DNA of 64,000 nucleotides. Origin: Lama glama (Eukaryota). Positions 61,001 to 64,000 of the stretch are shown here, piece by piece. The translations under genes were made by a program, and so were the position numbers. The notes below the pieces were generated by a model. That model made no database searches and was not told the origin of the DNA. It saw nothing but the letters and a program-made list of their open reading frames with translations. The stretch lies in contig JAPYYK010000045.1 of NCBI GenBank assembly GCA_028534125.1, forward strand, positions 310,001-374,000, given 5' to 3'. Positions within the stretch are counted from its first letter, which is position 1. Each line of letters starts with the position of its first letter.

Positions 61001-63025
61001 CTTCCCTGTGGGATGGACAGAGCGGCAACCTCCAGGGGCAAAGTGTCACTGGGGCCGAGCCCAGAGCTGGGACCAGTCCGCCCTCAGTGAGGGGGGTGGT
61101 CAGCGAGGAGCAAGCAGTCTGTGCCTCTGTTTCCAAGCGCCCTCCTTCCTCCCACTGCCAGGCGGGCCCTGGGGAGAAGACGTGCCACTCGCCCTTCAGA
61201 GATGCCACTGCCGCCAACACCCCTGGCAGCGAGCAGTCTCTGGAAACTGAAGTGGGTCGTGTGAGTCCTGGGGACACAGCATCTTCCCTGAAGAAGCCGG
61301 CTTTCTCCTGCCTGACCTGAGGGCCAGAGCAGACGTGGGCAGTCAGACCAGGAGGGGCAGACGCGTCCTCAGAGCGCCAACGGGCTGGAGGAGGGGAGGG
61401 TGAGGGGAAATTCCCTACTTGGAGCCCCGTGTGGCTCCAAACCCAGGAGGCAGCACCACTGAGCTCGGGAGCCAGGTGCCGTGGGGAGTGCCCCCTGTCC
61501 CCGGCTCAGGTGGTCCAGCCGAGCAGGAGAGGCTCTCCTGCTGAGGGACCGTGGGGCACAGGCACAAAGACCTCGCCGGGAGCACCACCTGGGGGCAGCT
61601 TCCTGGAGGAGACAACTAGCCGGTGTTGGGGGAGACCTTGGAAGGGGCGAATCAGCGCCAGGCAGGAGACAGACCGGCAGGGCAGCCCGGTGACGAGCAG
61701 AGAACAAGCCTGGACCGCCCACAGCCCGCACCGTGGGAGGCGCAGCGGGCACAGCAGGACGCCGCCCCTGGCTCCAGGGGCCCCACCTGCTGGGGCGCGC
61801 AGGGAGAAGAGGCTGCCAGGTTAGGCACGCGGAGCTGAGGCATGGCTGCACACCCACCACTGCCCAGCACAAGAAGGGCCCTGGCCTGGTGGGGAGTAGA
61901 GACCATGGGGCTGCAGCCTCTCTGCCCAGCCAGAGGAGGGGGCAGGCGGTGGGCAGAGGACCATCCCCTCCGTGTTGCTGCTGGTGACTCTGACCCAGGG
62001 GTGGGGCACCCGCCCCACACGGCTGTCCCCCTGCAGAGCTCAGCCCCCAGGTCACCTGCAAGGGTCCACACACAGCACACCCGCAGCAGCCGGGGACACG
62101 AGAGCCCTGAGAGGTCCCAGAGTAGGGGAGTGGGGCCGGCTCCCTGTCCAGGGCTCTTCCAAGCCAGCAGGAGCCCCGGATGGGGCCACCAGGGTGGGCT
62201 GAACCACAGTGGCACCAGACTCCTGGGCAGGCGCCCGTCAGACCTCTCCCTGGAACTGGGAACTGGGAAGCGGCGTTTGCCGTGGCCACGCGCGGAGCCA
62301 GGCCGCTTCCATGCCTCCAACTTTCTGTCACGCGCACTCCGGGCGCCTAACTCGGTCTCTCCTAACAGCACCTCCCTCTGCTCTTCGAGCCAAGTCACAG
62401 GGAAGGAGGGTCCCACCACACTGCCCGGACCCGGACTGGCCCCGGCTCTGGACTCGACCCAGACACAGCTGCGGCTCCTCACGGGGCAGCCTGGCCACCT
62501 CTGCTTCTCCCCAGCGGAGCGGCGAGGGCTGGAGGCAGACGCCTGATCTCACAGACTCAGGGCAAAGGTCCTGGCGGGATGCCGGTTTTGTGCAGTAACG
62601 AGTGCCCCGTCGTCGGGGCTACTCGAGCCGAGGCCAGACCACCGGCAGGGGTGTCGCAGGCAGGACTTGGAGAGGGACACACGCTGGCCTAGGTGAACTT
62701 CAGGCCCCGTACGGCCCTGCAAGTCTCTGAATCCCCGATGTCTCCATCCAGCCCCCAGGGCAGCCTGTCCACCGGACCTGTTGGTGGGGGCACAGCCGTT
62801 TTCTTTGTAACATCACTATTCCTGCAGGAATGGCCTGGGGGTGTTCAAATTTAACACAAAAGAGAGACCGGACTGAGAATTCCCCGAGCAGACAAAACCG
62901 TTTAAGCCACATAAATATTAAATCTAGCTCATTTCACGAACAAAGCAAGACTTAGGTTGCTTTTTGTGAATGCTTCTGAGGATCACAAAGGGAGCGTAAG
63001 CCATCTTCGCAGACGCAGCAGGAGA

Positions 63026-63490
63026 CAGGCACAGCTCGCCCTACCGCACTCCGCAGGCTCCGTGCGTCCTACAGACGCAAGGTTGGCGGCAACCGTGTCG
63101 AGCGAGCCTCTCGGCGACCTTTCTCCAACAGCATCTCCTCACTTCGTGTCTCCGTGTCACGTTTTGGTAATTCTCACAGTAGTTCAGCTTTCATCATCGC
63201 ATTGTGTTGCACGTGCGCTGTACACACATACAGTGCCTAATGCGCACGTACACACTGCATCACATGCTTCGCTGTCTTTGCTGTGGCGGTCTGTGATCAG
63301 TGGTCTCTGATGTTACTGCGACTGTTCCGGCATTTTCCAGCAAATAGCATTTTTAAATTAAGGTATGTTTCTTCAGAGGTACTGCACACTGAACAGGCTG
63401 CAGCCTGGTGTCAGCATACCTTATTCACACCAGGAAGCCAAAAACTTCACATGACCCTCATGGCGACGATCAGCCTTCACGAAGGGTGAA
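63026..63490 (+). mobile_element. Internally deleted Tigger1 (TcMar) element
   Basis: 5' arm 'ctcacttcgtgtctccgtgtcacgttttggtaattctc...ctgtgatcagtggtctctgatgttact' joined directly to the 3' arm 'tttttaaattaaggtatgt...ggaagccaaaaacttc'. Confidence 0.85.
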
Positions 63491-64000
63491 CTGCTCCTCT
63501 TGGCTCTCGATAACCCATCCTGGGGCGGCGCCCTGTGAGCTCCCAGTTCACAGACTGCCCTCAGCCGCCCAATAAACTCTTATGAAACACTGTCTGTCGA
63601 TTTGGTCCTTTAAACTTTCTTACGTCTGGATTTCTGACAGAGGTCAGGGTAGGATGAGGGGATGTGAGGAGGGGGCAGTCCCTGAGGGCTGGAGTCCAGA
63701 GGGGCCCACGTCCCGTGAGTGGGGGCGCGCTGCTGGCTGGGGGTCAGTGAGCTGAGTCTGGGTCCAGGTGGCAACCCAAGAGGCCCAGCAGAGGGACAGC
63801 AGGCGGTGCTGGCAGGTGGGAAGGAGGCCACCAGAGACAAGGTGGGTGCTGGGGACGTGGCAGGGCAGCAGGCAGCTTGTTGAGCCCAGAGCTTAAAAAC
63901 AGTGATATGTGCAGGAGAAGGGGCAGCTGGGGACTGCAACTCCAGCTCTTCATACACGGGCAGGAACGGGGCGACTGAACCCCCGGGGAGGAAGGCTGCA

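Noticed and set aside
61369-62546. Overlapping 230-320 aa ORFs on both strands
   Set aside because: Open in several frames at once, typical of GC-rich noncoding DNA; no homology recognised.

Overview
Mammalian genomic DNA, very GC/CpG-rich, most likely from a camelid because it carries a Vic-1-type tRNA-derived SINE. It contains two convergent protein-coding genes. (+) The 3' part of PPP1R12B (MYPT2): an internal first exon for the small smooth-muscle subunit sm-M20/M21 (ATG at 9371), a 17-nt microexon, four coiled-coil exons, two alternative leucine-zipper C-terminal exons (32838 and 36617) and a ~5 kb 3'UTR. (-) All eight coding exons of SYT2 (synaptotagmin-2, 416 aa, ATG at 51991, stop at 47870) with a ~4.7 kb 3'UTR; its first intron fills the rest of the window. 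The remainder is intron with old repeats (L1, L2, MIR, MER58, MLT1A, Tigger1) and one 293-N gap. I found no prokaryote-type or wholly new system. The strongest leads are a heavily substituted botulinum-toxin receptor helix in an otherwise conserved SYT2, a duplicated leucine-zipper exon pair with a candidate poison microexon, a frameshifting RBFOX-flanked microexon, and a TEAD/SRF/MEF2 internal promoter. Nearly all ORFs in the supplied track are GC-content artefacts. Gene, orthologue and repeat identities come from recalled sequences, not from database searches.
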